Positions 28,412 to 41,833 of a stretch of 64,000 bases of DNA are shown here, in pieces. Position 1 is the first letter of the stretch; each line of letters begins with the position of its first letter. The notes under the pieces are model-generated. The model was not told where the DNA came from. It saw only the letters and a program-made list of their open reading frames with translations, and searched no databases. Made by a program: the position numbers and the translations under genes. The stretch covers positions 1 to 64,000 of the forward strand of contig CAXHJY010000688.1 in NCBI GenBank assembly GCA_964016885.1, written 5' to 3'. The DNA comes from Eledone cirrhosa. Its lineage: Eukaryota.

Positions 28412-28447
<36 letters not shown>

Positions 28448-28583
28448 GCACACAAACACAGACAAATATATTTATTATATAAACAATTGTGTTCGCTAAT
28501 TAGGATAAATTTACCGCACATGCTTTTAACATCTACATTCTCTCTCTCTATACATATACACACATACATTACATATATACATT

Positions 28584-28625
<42 letters not shown>

Positions 28626-29257
28626 GTATACATATCCTTATCTCTCTCTTTCTCTAAGCTGCTTACTGAAGCAAACATTAAGTGTTCATCCATTCTTGTA
28701 AATGACAACAATTTATAAAGTTATAAAATTATCAAAATAATCAGTTTTAAGGCCACACAGCTTTCATTTATGTCTCCTCCACATAAATTCACTCCATATG
28801 TGATTCAGTAACACTTGAACTTTAAATAGTTAGTAATCATTCATAGAATAAAGTAGCTCATCATTGTCTTGTTTTATTGTCATTGCTATTGTCATTACCA
28901 TTGATGATCTTCACAGCCATTCTATCTGATTGTCTTTCATTTTCTATTAACCCTTTAGTGTTTACATTACTCTATATTTACTATTCTATTTTCACGTTAA
29001 AGGCTTTATTTCACATAATATCGAATCTACAAGATTCTGATATTTATTTTGAGAATAATACCTTAACGTTTGTATGAGCAACCAGTTATGGCCAGTTTGA
29101 ACACAAAGAGGTGAGCAGATACAACCTGTTTAAATGCTCACAAACTTTCAGAAAGTCAACATCCTCATATTTTCTTAAAGCCTTGTTTGTCCTACTCTAA
29201 AAATTATCAAAAAGCAAACTTTATTTTACTCAGTCTCTCCTCCTAGTTTCATACAAA

Positions 29258-29830
29258 TGTTGTTGTGGGGCCATGGCTGATTACTAGACTCACTCTCTTG
29301 TCACTACAGAACAGGTCGGTTCCCTTGTCACACTAACTTGAAAGAAGGTTGTGATCAGAAGGAGCCTTACATGGCCAGTTTGGTTTCCCCGTTACAAGTG
29401 GAGCCTACCAGCCTCAACCATCGTGATGATAAACAGCCAGATGGGATAACCCTCTTTCTGTCTAAAGGAGGCAAATCTTTAATCTGGGATGCCACATTCC
29501 ACTTCCCATTCTTGTCACCTAGGCTACAAAAACAAGCACCACTGTCTGTAACCTGGAGGAGAGGAAGATAGCTAAATACTGAGAGATAAATGACCACTTT
29601 CTTTGCATGCCAGCTGCTGTCAAGCCCTTGGGTGTCATTGGCACATACCAGTTGCTGTCAAGACCTCGGGTTATGTTGGTTTATACCAGTTACTGGCGAG
29701 ACCCCGTGTGTCATTGTTGTCAAGACCTCAGGTGATGGTTTGTATCAGTTGCTTTCAAGACCTCAGGTGATGTTGGTTCCTAAACTACCATGTTTTCCCA
29801 CAAAATCAAGAAAGGTACATAACACCTAAG
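29258..29830 (+). pseudogene. CRE/NeSL-type non-LTR retrotransposon relic (zinc knuckle and REL endonuclease)
   Basis: CCCGA..H..C..GR..H followed by EPTSL..DDKQPDGITL...GKSLIWDAT. Confidence 0.7.
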
Positions 29831-30804
29831 GAGCCCCACTAAGTAAAGTGGCTGTCTACTGGCAGTTCTCCACACCATTTTGTCCATGGGACACAGCTGA
29901 GACATTCCACCAAAACTCGGGTGTAAAGTCTGTGACTTCCTCTCCCCTTTCCCTTACTTTCTGCTATTAAATTTTTTAATATACAAACGATAAATTGTAA
30001 ATTTCTTTTATTTCTAAATAAATATCTACCTGTATAAGTGATCCCAAACCCACATTATCTCAAATGTTCACTATTAGATAATTTAATAAACCCTGACATT
30101 ACTTCAAATGTTCCTTACTAATTTGATATCAGTAGTCCCACACTCAACTAGTCCTTAGTTACATTCTAAGCATACCAGTTCCTCTTGTTTCTTTAATCAG
30201 ATCTTACAGCCATATAAAATAACACTCCAGACACATTTATCATGCAATTCTCTAAAAGTTCTTCAAGTCATTATCAAGCTTATTCGCTGCACTTTTACCA
30301 GTTCCATCCATTCATCTGACTATATCTCACTCCACTTACATGTATGTTGAACTATACAAATTAATCACTTTTTCTTGTATCTTAAAAAGTTTTCAAGTTA
30401 AATTTTCATGTATCTTTAAAGATTTTAAGTTGAACATTCAATCAATAAATGCTATTGATTAATAAAGAAAATATAAATCTACAAAAAATACACAAGTATA
30501 GCATTAGGCCTTTTAGCACTGATTCAGATTGACCAATAGCTAGTTAATTTGGTAGATGGAAACTGTGCTGAAGCCTGTCATATACATATATGACTGGCAA
30601 ACAACAAAAACACTATATTTTTTGTTGATCACCAGTCTGAAGAGCAAATCAATAACGGAGTGAAGTCCATATCTTCTATGAGAGACCCTGCACCAATCCT
30701 CTGAGAAATGAGCATTACAGGTCGATACACAATGAAAAAACTAAATACATGTAAACGAAACTTCAGCATTTTTATTAATATTTATATATATATATATATA
30801 TATA

Positions 30805-30965
30805 TGTGGTTGGTGTTAAGGGCATCCAGCTGTAAAATTCCCAGCCAAAATTACAGGTCCATCTGAGCAAAGTACGGCACAGCCAATCTGGCCAGACTTG
30901 TCTCATGATGTGGACGACCCGTATAATCTATGCAAGCATGAAAAATGGACATTAAACGATGATGA
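30805..30965 (+). mobile_element. RTE-tail-type element fragment (similar relics at 35918-36141, 51790-52073, 56145-56400, 59670-59945)
   Basis: Shared ggttggtgttaggaagggcatccagctgta core, gcaagcatg/gctagcatg motif and (GAT)n tail. Confidence 0.7.
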
Positions 30966-31339
30966 CTATATATATTATAATGCACAGGCTTAACCTGGCA
31001 GCTGACTCATCTCAAACCTATTATTGATCTCTCATCATTTAGTTGAAAATGAGCATCTGATAGAGGTGTGATGGTGAAAGAGAAGAGTTAACAGATAGTA
31101 GTGGTGGTGGTGGCAGATTAAAAATTAGGAAGGTCGAGGAAAACTCAGTGATTCAAGCTTCTTCACATAGAATGTTGCAATAAAGGAAATATTAAATATA
31201 ATGTAAACAGGTGCCTCTATCTTTTTGTTTTGTTGTTGTTGTCTTTTGGCATTCCCAGGAGTATTTTACCAATTTTTTTCAACTATTATTTATAGTGAAT
31301 GACTATTGTTAATAGTATCATTATTATTATAATCATTGT

Positions 31340-31530
31340 TAGAGCGTTGGACACCATGCTTTCCGACAGAGTTATGTCTCTTTACATTCTGAGTTTAAAT
31401 CCTGCAAAGCTTAGCTTTGCCTTTCATCCTTACAGAATTGATAAAATAAAGCACCAGTAATACACTGGGGTCAATTTAATCGACTTTCCTCTTCCCCCAA
31501 AATTGTTGGCCATGGGCCTAAATCACAAAC
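31340..31530 (+). mobile_element. tRNA-derived SINE (same family as 49612-49800 and 56474-56655)
   Basis: B-box-like gagtttaaatcc followed by ctttgcctttcatcctt...gataaaataaag.accag. Confidence 0.7.
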
Positions 31531-31609
31531 CATTATTACTATAAGCATAGTTGTACATTTCAAATTGAATTAATTATTCTTTTACTATACACATCATTTT
31601 TTATAGGCA

Positions 31610-31855
31610 TATATACACCATATATAGGTATATATACACCATACATACTCACATATAACCTGATACCAATATAAGTTGACCCCCACCCCCTATTTTATAT
31701 CAGAGTAATGAGCAAAAATCCAAACCTTATTTATGAAAAATTTTAAGTTGGTGAAAAATCATCAAAATATTGACTCCGAATATAAGACAAGCCATCCTTC
31801 TACCATTGATCCTTTGGTCACATATTCCTTGGCTTATATTTGAGTATACACAGTA
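31610..31855. mobile_element. Tc1/pogo-type MITE (family also at 35852-39222 split, 59533-60025 split, 63818-63893)
   Basis: Terminus ggcttatatttgagtatacacagta complementary to tactgtatatactcgaatataagc seen at 63818. Confidence 0.65.
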
Positions 31856-32879
31856 TATATGCAGGTGTATAAGTGTTTGCATGCATGTGTATGTGCATGT
31901 ATATGCATATGTATGTGCACAGAGCATTGCAGTACACTGTAAAGTGATAAGCATTAGAAAGAGCAAACAATGGTTTGCCAACATTGAAATCATCCGAGCA
32001 GAAAAAAATGGATGAAAGATAATGATAATATATACATGTGTGCATTTGTCCATCACTGTCTTTGACAGCATTTAACTGTTTTAACGGCTGTTCTAGTGAT
32101 GAGTTTTCTCATTTTTATATGTATATCGAATACACTTACTTCGTTTTGATCAGAGATATTGTTTTTGTTTGTTTTGTTTTTTTCATTTCACTTTTATATA
32201 TATTTATTTATTTATTATTTTTTTTTTTTACATTAAGTATACCAACAAAGCATGTAAACATCAGCAAATAAAACTGATAAAGACCCAATATTTGTCTGAC
32301 ACAGGGTTATAGGTACTCCCTTGAACCTCTCACTATCAGAAATGCAGGGACCCAGTCAGTTCAGTCATGAGATCAACTAATGATCTTACTGTTCACAAAT
32401 CGTAATATATATTTTTTTAATTAATAACAGATTAACCAATAAAATATATAAAGAATTTTCAACTAAAATCATCTGTGTCCATCATATTGAAAAATGAAAG
32501 ATATACTTGTTTTTTCAATAATAATTTGATAGAAGTCTAAAAGTAGAAACCACTCCTACAGATGTCATCATTAAAAAAATATCCTGTTTAATTGTAATGA
32601 AATATAATCCATCATGCATTGTAAGCAACATCCCTACTGTATTTTGTTTCATAAACTAACCATGTTATTTTTTAACGTCATCTTTTAGTCTCAGATTCTA
32701 TAATTTTAAATATTTTCCAGATGGTATAATTTATGTATCCAAAACAATTTTTGAGGCCACAGTATAAAAAATAAGAGATATTACATCTTTGGAATGTTAT
32801 ATCAAAATTTGAAATTTGCAAAAATAAGCTTAATTTGACGTGAGAGAGCAGAGTTGCCAGCTTGGGTTATATGTAGCGG

Positions 32880-33376
32880 ATTATGGGAGGATCCTTTAGT
32901 TATGTCAAGGACATGACACCTTCCCTAGTACTGCTGAACTACACAACAAAAGTACCCAGTACATATTGTAAAGTGGTTGGTGTTGGGAAGGAGCATCCAG
33001 CCATAGAAATCTTGCCAAACAAGGAGTTACGAGGATCCTTCAGTTTGTGTTAAGGACATGATACCCTCACTAGTGCTGCTGAGCTACACAATAAAAGAAC
33101 CCAACACACACTGTAAAGTAGTTGGTGTTAGGAAGGAGCATCCAGCTGTAGAAAGCTGGCCAAACAAGGGGTTACGAGGATCCTTCAGTTTGTGTCAAAA
33201 GACAACTTCTCCTCTGCACTCGACATAACCATACATAAGTGGGATACAAAATTCCTTGGCCTGTCTGGGATGTCTGTGGCCCCACTTCAGTACTGACTTG
33301 GTCTATGTAGACCCATCCAAACCTTGCCAGCAGGGAAAGTGGATGTTACATAATAATGATGATAATGACAATGATG
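32880..33376 (+). mobile_element. RTE-tail-type element with an internal ~146-bp tandem repeat (2+ copies)
   Basis: gaggatcctt.agtt..gtcaa recurs at ~32887, 33031 and 33176; (GAT)n-like tail. Confidence 0.7.
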
Positions 33377-33445
33377 TCTACTATAAATTTAGTTTAGGCT
33401 ATTTGCTACTTTAAAATATTCAATTTTTAATGGTAAGAATCCTAT

Positions 33446-34035
33446 TCTTCTTCTTTATCTTTGCCCACTTATTGCTGAGAGAGGCATTGAGAAAGATTCC
33501 TCAGACATACCTTCCAGAAGGTCCTATCAGAAGCAAGACCAACTGTGCTTATAGATGTTATATCACTAATATGTTCATGGTCTACCTCTGGGTCTCCTGC
33601 TGGTTGACTTTGTCTAGAGATTCTTTCCTTAGACATTCTAACTCCTCCATGTCCATAATACAAGAGATGTGATCTCTCAATGCAGAGAAGTAGTGGCTCT
33701 CATCATCTAGGTGAGCTTGCTCGGACATTTATGAGCCTAGCACGCTATCCACCACGATCAAGCATAAGTGTTGGGAGGTCATTAGGGGAGCATCCTATGT
33801 CTCTACATAGTTGGTAGATGTAAGTTAAAGCCTGCTGGCCATCCTTCCTCTGACTGCAGCTGGGTGTCCAAACCAAAAGATCAGTAACAAGTTCCTGCTT
33901 TGCTGGCCAGCAAATTACATTCTTTGTTCCCGCAATATTGCAGATATATCAGGTATGGGACCATAGAACAGTTCTTTAGTAGGATGTTGTGTCCATGAGA
34001 TATTAAGTATAGCCCTCAGCATCCATGTGTAAGTA
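33446..34035 (-). mobile_element. Decayed LINE 3' end with (GAA)n tail (related copy 63190-63504, plus)
   Basis: gcccacttattgctgagagagg matches the reverse of cctctcaggaataagtgggc at 63470; GH..RM-like C-terminal remnants. Confidence 0.6.
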
Positions 34036-34274
34036 TATTAACTAAGTAAACTTCAACTGTCCTACAGGCAGGCTTTGAATTTATATTTTATAATTTACTA
34101 CCAATATTTCTATTTGGGGCTACTTTCTAATGCAATTTGCTACTATCTGAAAATTGTGTTCTATTTCTTTTTTAGGGAACTGATTTAGTAACCCCGTGGA
34201 AGAGAGTATTGGTGCATTTAATTAGCTTTACAGAATATAAGCTAGGATGTTTACTACGAACTGTAATCTTAATA

Positions 34275-34473
34275 TATAAGGCAAGGCTGAAATGTTCATA
34301 GGCTGACTATGAAAGAGTGATGTTAGAGCTGTGAAATCTTGCATGCATTAATTTCAACTCTTATTAATATCTGCATTGTTTCTTTACAGGGACTATGTTG
34401 AAAAATAAACCTCATTTGGTCATTCCATGAGAGTATCTTGCTTAACCTATGAATTTTTCAGCCAACGCTCATA
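34275..34473. mobile_element. Mariner-type MITE (one-ended copy at 40204-40325)
   Basis: Inverted ends ggctgaaatgttcatagg / cctatgaatttttcagcc with TA flanks. Confidence 0.7.
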
Positions 34474-34476
34474 CAT

Positions 34477-34522
<46 letters not shown>

Positions 34523-36141
34523 TCATCATTTTACATCTGCTTTTCCCTGCTTGCAAGGGTTGGACAATATATATTAATGGATTCAGCAAATGAAAAATTA
34601 AATATATTTCAATGGAAACTTTGTGGAATTTTCTAACAAACAAAAAAAAAATCAAAAGCTTTTCTCCACAACTTTTCTACATGCCACTTGGCAGTAATGA
34701 ACCCTTTCATCTTGAAGGAAATACACATTTTGTTATGTGAACAAAATTACAGTGAATGTAAATCAAAATGACTAAATATTGTCTAAGCAAGGAAAAGCAG
34801 ACATATAACCAATGGTGGTGGTGGTTGAATCAACAAACTTTCCAGCTTCCAAGAGAACAGGACTGCAACTATTATTTTATCTACTGTTGATACATAAATT
34901 TCTAACATTATTTATTAGAACATATCTAAAAACATGTTAATTCAAATGTTTGTCTTTACTAGTGGACAGATCATTATGAAAATTTTCAGTAATCTAAAGC
35001 AAAGGCTATGAAATTTTTAATGTGATGCAGTCATAGTTTTGTTTTGTACATATCAAGAATGTTTTATTAATGTGGTTTCATGCAGTACAGGATATTAAGA
35101 GTTAGTGAAGGATATATTTAAAAAATTGACATTCTAAATCTATATATAAATTTGAGCAACTTCCATCCATCACACAATGTGTGTGTTTGTGTAAATGTAT
35201 GTGTGTGTAAAAGGAAGGAAGGGCTGATGAAAAAACTATAGCAAAACAGCTGGGGGGGGGGGGGGGGCGAATGTATGTCTGTGAGTTTGTATTTTTGTGT
35301 GTGTCTGTTTGCACTTTTATATTTATATACTCATACACATAAATGTATGCATATGCACATACACACATACGCGTCAGCGTGTTGAAAAAATCCTAGTTTT
35401 TTATATTTCATAATCAGTCAGGTCATTTTCACCAGAAAGAAAAGAGAATATTTATAGGTAATACTAGTGGTTTTAACAAATTCCACTGTAGTGTCATCTT
35501 TTGTAAACAGTTTTCTCTGTATTAATTTACAACTATCTTTATAATCTTATCAGTTGTTGATATAAGTCAACATCCAATCTTTCTATTTTTGAGCTCTCAA
35601 AAGTTATCTATACATCAACAACTAACTTACAAAATATACAAGCAGTCAAGAATAACACTGTGCTGTGTGATAAAAGATAAAAGCTTATATGAGGTGTTGT
35701 ATCTGTGGATGTCCACACAAAATCAACAAGTTTGTGTAGCAAATATTGATTACTACGTTATCCATTGCTCATAGCTACTTAACAAAATCATAATAAAACA
35801 ATTGTGTGGGCAAGTTGTGTTGACATCTATCTGTGAAAAAGTACCTTGAATTACTGTATATACTAGAATATAAGCCAATATGAATATAAGCCAACTCTAC
35901 TATTTTATGTTTGAGAATCATCATCATCATCATCATTTAACATCCATTTTCCATGCTAGCATGGGTTAGACAGGCTGTCCCATTTGAGTGAAGTTGGGTC
36001 AGGTGACCATGTCTTACTCATATAGAACTATTTCTGGCTAGGTTTCTATGGCTGGATACCATTCCTAGCGCCAACCACTTTACAATGTGGACTGGGTGCT
36101 TTTTGTCATGACACCTACACATCTACTTCACAGTGTGGACT

Positions 36142-39016
36142 TTTGGCTGAGGATGTTGTCACCAATTTAGCGGAGAAGTATTTAGAGAGTTGTAATGTTG
36201 CCACGAGGAACCATCTTTGGTAGAAAGATATGATAGGAATATCGACCACGACTTTAGCATGTTTTACATTATTTATTAACAAAGGTTGAGCTGGCATGCC
36301 AAGAGAAATAAAACAAACGAATTAAGATTTCAGAAAGACACGGGCTACTGGCTGTTTGAGTGTTGCCAGGCCGTGGTTAAATTGTTGTGCTACATATAAT
36401 GTTGGTTAACTTGTATGGTTGAAGTTACACATAAAAATGAGGTTACAAAAGGGAATGTGCCATTGCGCCGGAAAGCCGGCAGGCTAAGGTGCAAAATCTC
36501 ACCGTCACATGTACGTGTTGCTGGTTCGAAGTTTCTGGTGCGAGAGAGAGAGAGAGAGAGAGAGTCTTCAAATCTTCGCGGGTAATTTCTCTCTCAGAAC
36601 GCGTAGGGATACATCCTCTTCTCCTGGCGCTGATTGGCTGTGCTGAGCCAAATCACGCACAGAGAATGTATGTGAGCCCGCGAATGTAGGTCACTACATC
36701 ACCTCCGAGCAGATTTTTAGCCGAAAATCGTTAACGATGAAGCCAAGGACCCAGATTATTGAATCAGCAAGAACAAATGCTGAAAGAGCACATCAGTGAA
36801 AAAATAATTGAGCAGAAAGATGCATGCAAGAAAAAAAATGAGGCACTACGGGCCGTGTTGAGCCGCTGTCAAATGACTAGCTGTTTTGTAGTTTATACGT
36901 GACCACCAAAGGTCTACCAGAAAACAGATAAAGTCTGACATGGGCGAAGTTGCTGTTCTTGCATTAAATGTTAATGGTAAGTGTTGTACCAGTAGCTGTG
37001 GACGAAGCTATTATGGTAGTTTACCAGTGCTGGCAAGAAGATGATGGGTAGGCGAGAAAATGTTGGCCTCCCAGATGTATTGCCGAATGTGCCAGGAAAA
37101 AATGGCTGGTTGCTTTGATAAGAAAAAAGCAAGCTGAATCTGTAGGTGGGTTGCAGTCCCACAATTCGGGCGAATCCACAGAAGTGGTGGAAATGCTGAC
37201 AAGTCCAGTTCTATTTGTTGTTTTCCCGGTGAGTTGGGTAAAATAACAAGATAGAGGTTGTTTTTGGACGATGAATGTGCAACGAGATGCGAAACTGTTT
37301 GAGTTCAGCTGCAAGTGTCGATAGCATGTTTTGGTACCTCCAGAAGGTGAAAAGGGATCTCTCAGAATATTACGACGCTTGAAGATCACATACCATAGAT
37401 AACAACATGTTGGTGTGTGTATATATGCAGGCATGTAATACAGCAAAGAAAATGTGTGCATGCGGTCACATATACAATGATAGAGAGAAATGAATTTTCA
37501 TATAATACAGTTTTAAAAAAATAAATGTCCAAAATAAATGCCTAAAAAAAAAAAAAGAAGAAAGAATTGTTTCTTTTCTTTTAACAAAAAGTTTGTGTCT
37601 TTTTTCTTTGGGAACGCTCTACTAGGGAGCTAGTAGAGTTGTTGTTGTTAAAGCAAAGTCACAATGAATCTTCTGTAGAGTAGAAGTCGAGCGTTGAAGA
37701 ATGCAGAGTCACCAATATGGCCGCCACGTCTGACGCCATAATGGTGAGAAAACTAATGTCTTAATTTCTCGAGTCCTTGTGGTAACGAGACAGAAGGTAA
37801 GGTGGTTGCGTCGGTAAAGTTACAAGCCGTTCCCTGGTGTTGGTTAATAGTTAGCCATGTGTTGCTGCTGATGAGGGGTACTTGGTGGTAGTCGATTTGA
37901 AATTTCCTCGTGGCGTAAAGTTTTTGAAATACTGCTAATTTTTTTTCAAAAAATATTCTAAAGAAAATTTTAATAATAAAAAAAATTATTTTCAATGAAA
38001 ATTATTCAGCAAGAAATCCCAAGATGGCCGATCGAAAAATGCGTCTGTGATGAAGAAGCCGTCATGTGGCACGATGCAGCCAATCAGACGGCTGGGATTG
38101 GAGAAGACAAGCTGTACGCGGGAAAACAAAATTTCTGAGTCTCCATTTGTAATTTCAACAGAACGCCGAAAGCAAAATTCCACATCCAGGGAAATCCTTT
38201 TTTTTTTTAATTAATTTTTTTTTTGTGTTGTATTTTTGTGTTCGTCTGTATGCGTGAGTTACTAGTGTTACCATGAAAGTTATGACAGAAATATTGTGCA
38301 GGCCGCGTGCTTCAACAAATGGAATATTATGAATTTTATGGACTTACGCTAAGTGAGTCTAGCTACCCGATTCGAACATTCCAAATGTTAAGCCACTCCA
38401 CATTGCCGTTAAAATGAATGGCGAATTCAAATAGGCTGCGTTTTCATTCTTAATCGTCGAAGGTCACCAATTTGGCTGAGGATGTTGTCATCAATTTAGC
38501 CGAGAAGTATTTAGAGAGTTGTAATGTTGCCACGAGGAACCATCTTTGGTAGAAAGATATGATAGGAATATAGACCACAACTTTAGCTTGTTTTTACATT
38601 ATTTATTAACAAAGGTTGAGCTGGCATGCCAAGAGAAATAAAAACGAATTAAGATTTCAGAAAGACACGGGCTACTGGCTGTTTGAGTGTTGCCAGGCCG
38701 TGGTTAAATTGTTGTGCTACATATAATGTTGGTTAACTTGTATGGTTGAAGTTACACATAAAAATGAGGTTACGAAAGGGAATGTGCCATTGCGCCGGAA
38801 AGCCGGCAGGCTAAGGTGCAAAATCTCACCGTCACATGTACGTGCTGCTGGTTCGAAGTTTCTGGTGCGAGAGAGAGAGAGTCTTCAAATCTTTGCGGGT
38901 AATTTCTCTCTCAGAACGCGTAGGGATACATCCTCTTCTCCTGGCGCTGATTGGCTGAGCTGAGCCAAATCACGCACAGAGAATGTATGTGAGCCCGCGG
39001 AATGTAGGTCACTACA
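36142..39016 (-). mobile_element. Non-autonomous LTR retroelement, probably Gypsy-type; LTRs 38471-39016 (5') and 36142-36698 (3')
   Basis: ~550-bp near-identical direct repeats; 4-bp TSD GACT (36138-36141 / 39017-39020); PBS TGGTGACC next to the 5' LTR; purine tract ggaggtga before the 3' LTR; no long ORF. Confidence 0.9.
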
Positions 39017-39223
39017 GACTGGGCAAACCAATATAAATATAAGCCAACCCCACTATTTTATGTCTGAGAAATGAGCAAAAATACAAACCTTATTTTTGTA
39101 AAATTTGAAGTTGGTGAAAATCATCAAAATATTGACCCTGTATATAAGCCGACCCCCCCCCCTTTTCTACCATCAAGTTTTTGGTCACATATTCCTTGCT
39201 ATATATTTGAGTAAATACAGTAT

Positions 39224-39368
39224 TTAACCCTTTTGATACTAATGAGAACCATATATTAAGTTACTATCTTAGTAAAGAAAATTTATAATTTTTGCAGATA
39301 TCTCCAAATTCTTCATTAATTAATTGAAACAGTGTCTTTCATTAGAAATGTGGTTATGAAAGGGTTAA
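39224..39368. mobile_element. piggyBac-like MITE
   Basis: TTAA-CCCTTT...AAAGGG-TTAA; similar ends at 28947, 53144-53317, 53384, 55541-55766. Confidence 0.65.
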
Positions 39369-39634
39369 TTAATTTCATTTATCACTAACGTCTTTGAATA
39401 AGGCAGGAACATAATTATGTGTATCATCATCATCATCATCATCATCACTGTTTAACGTCCATTTTTTTCCTCCTACCATCAATTCTTTTGGTCACATATT
39501 CCTTATATTCAAGTAAATATGGCAGTAGTTGAAAGTACATAAGTTTAGATTGGCTGAAGAGATGAGCCAGAGAAACATTACATAGGAAATTGATGTGGTG
39601 TTACTTAAAAGTAACACCACATCAATTTAAAAGT

Positions 39635-40095
39635 ATACAGCCGTACCTGTATAGAGACAGCCGTACTTGTATAGAGACAGCCGTACTTGTATAGAGACAG
39701 CCGTACTTGTATAGAGACAGCCGTACTTGTATAGAGACAGCCGTACTTGTATAGAGACAGCCGTACCTGTATAGAGACAGCCGTACTTGTATAGAGACAG
39801 CCGTACCTGTATAGAGACAGCCGTACTTGTATAGAGACAGCCGTACCTGTATAGAGACAGCCGTACCTGTATAGAGACAGCCGTACTTGTATAGAGACAG
39901 CCGTACTTGTATAGAGACAGCCGTACTTGTATAGAGACAGCCGTACCTGTATAGAGACAGCCGTACCTGTATAGAGACAGCCGTACCTGTATAGAGACAG
40001 CCATACCTGTATAGAGACAGCCGTACCTGTATAGAGACAGCCGTACCTGTATAGAGACAGCCGTACCTGTATAGAGACAGCCGTACCTGTATAGA
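39635..40095. repeat. 20-bp minisatellite (ccgtacYtgtatagagacag) x ~23
   Basis: Near-perfect units differing mainly at one C/T position. Confidence 0.95.
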
Positions 40096-41453
40096 TAGGG
40101 GGCCTACTAAAGCTCATCCAATGATATAGCAGCATCTAAAAAATTTTACATTTTTAACAGTAAAAAATAAGCAACTGAAGTAATAAGTTCTTGTCTTTTT
40201 ATGTACGAGGGTGGGCTGAAATGTTCATATGCAGCCTATGAAGGATTGATGCTAGAGCTGTGAAATCTTGCATGCATTAATTTCAACTTTTCTTATTAAT
40301 AATTGTATTGTGTCTTCCCAGGGTCTACATATGATAGCATAATAGGATATTTCAAACATTAACTATAATAATATGCTGTTTGCATATATCTATATATATA
40401 AAGGGAAGATGGACATTGTTTAGTGTACCGAACTTGCCTGCTACACCGTTCATCCAATTTTCATGAAACCTCACACATATAAAACTCAACGCGTAGAGTG
40501 GAATAGGCTACTTGAAATTTTCGAAAAATCGATAATCGGGCCCTATGACAGAATGTTTTTCGATTCCAATGAAATTTTATGTGAATTCGAACACAAGAAC
40601 TCTTAGTTTACATCTGGCGCAATAAAAATAAATTTCATATGCCCATATAAGGACGTGCGTTATTGATTGGACGGCCAGCTGCATGTCTTCCCAGCTGTCT
40701 CAGTAAACGACCGACCATTAAAGAGTTTCTTTTCATATTCCACCTTATTCAAGTGGAAATACAGTATTATCCCTATCTGAAAAGGGAACCAAATTTAATG
40801 GTGTCTTTTGTGAACCTAAAAGCTGTGAGTAAATTTTCAGTCTTAAATAATCATGCTTTTTGAAAAAAAAATTACTAAATAATACGTTGACCAAGTTGTG
40901 TTGTACACATACAATACAAGTAAAAAAATTTACGTTGTATCAATGTTTTCCTTTTTTAAACAAAAGATTCTAAAAAATTACTTAATTTATAATACAGTCT
41001 TTTGCACAGGAAGTGAGTAACTTTTCGGGTGTTTAAACGTAAGTTCACCAGGGTTTGTGTCTTCATTATTAGCCCACCTCTAATGGCATTTTTTGTTCTG
41101 CTTACGACTAAATGTTATGAGCGTATTTGCAATTAATTGCGCACACGTGCACACCTGCATGCAGATAGACACTGACAGCCAATAAAAAATCGATAACTTG
41201 CTTATTAAGATATCGGTCAAAAAGAGAGATTGAATGTACTTTAGAACATTTTTTGAATATATTGTTCTTTTTGGCATGATATGTCAGAAATATAGCTACT
41301 ATACACTTTGGTTATTTTTTGTAACTAAAAAACGGTTCCTTTTGGGTGGATACTTAACGAGAAAAATCCTAGGGTTTTGGACAAGTTTGTTTCAGGCGCT
41401 GTATAGACGCCTATTTTGTCACACCTTGGTCATGAATTCGTATTCTTTTCCAA

Positions 41454-41711
41454 TAGATATTTTCCGCTCTATAAGGCTCACCAGGATATAAGGCGTATCA
41501 TTTAAAATCAGGTCCGCGCAACAGCGTGTAAGGCCAACCAGAAAATGCTACCTTCTTTACTTTTAGTCTAGATCTATTACTTCTGTTAGAGCCGTGATTG
41601 ATTACCATTGTATTATTTATACATAAGGCTCACCGGAGTATAAAGCGCAGAGCTGTTTTTTGATTAAATTTAATTATTTTAAGTGCAATTTATAGACGGG
41701 AAAATTCGGTA
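41454..41711. mobile_element. Tc1/pogo-type MITE nested in the Helitron
   Basis: atatttccgctctataaggctcacc ... ttatagacgggaaaattcggta inverted ends with subterminal ataaggctcacc repeats. Confidence 0.55.
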
Positions 41712-41833
41712 AGTTATTGTAATCATATTTCCAAACCTTCCCATTCACCAGTAACCATGCTAACGAATCTGGTGTCATCTCTCTCTGTATTTAATCACCT
41801 CTCTCTAACCTAACAGCTTCGTTACACGTCGTT

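Larger units (their letters stand above)
24207..28415 (+). mobile_element. Penelope-like retroelement with inverted pLTRs (24207-24407 / 28048-28254) and 3' tail, in (TA)n
   Basis: ~200-bp inverted termini flanking an RT plus C-terminal GIY-YIG pseudo-ORF. Confidence 0.9.

Noticed and set aside
39551-39585. CTGAAGA...GAAAC hammerhead-like string
   Set aside because: Helices I-III do not form
39635-40095. CRISPR-like array (also considered for 50603-50845)
   Set aside because: Head-to-tail repeats with no unique spacers, no cas genes, eukaryotic context
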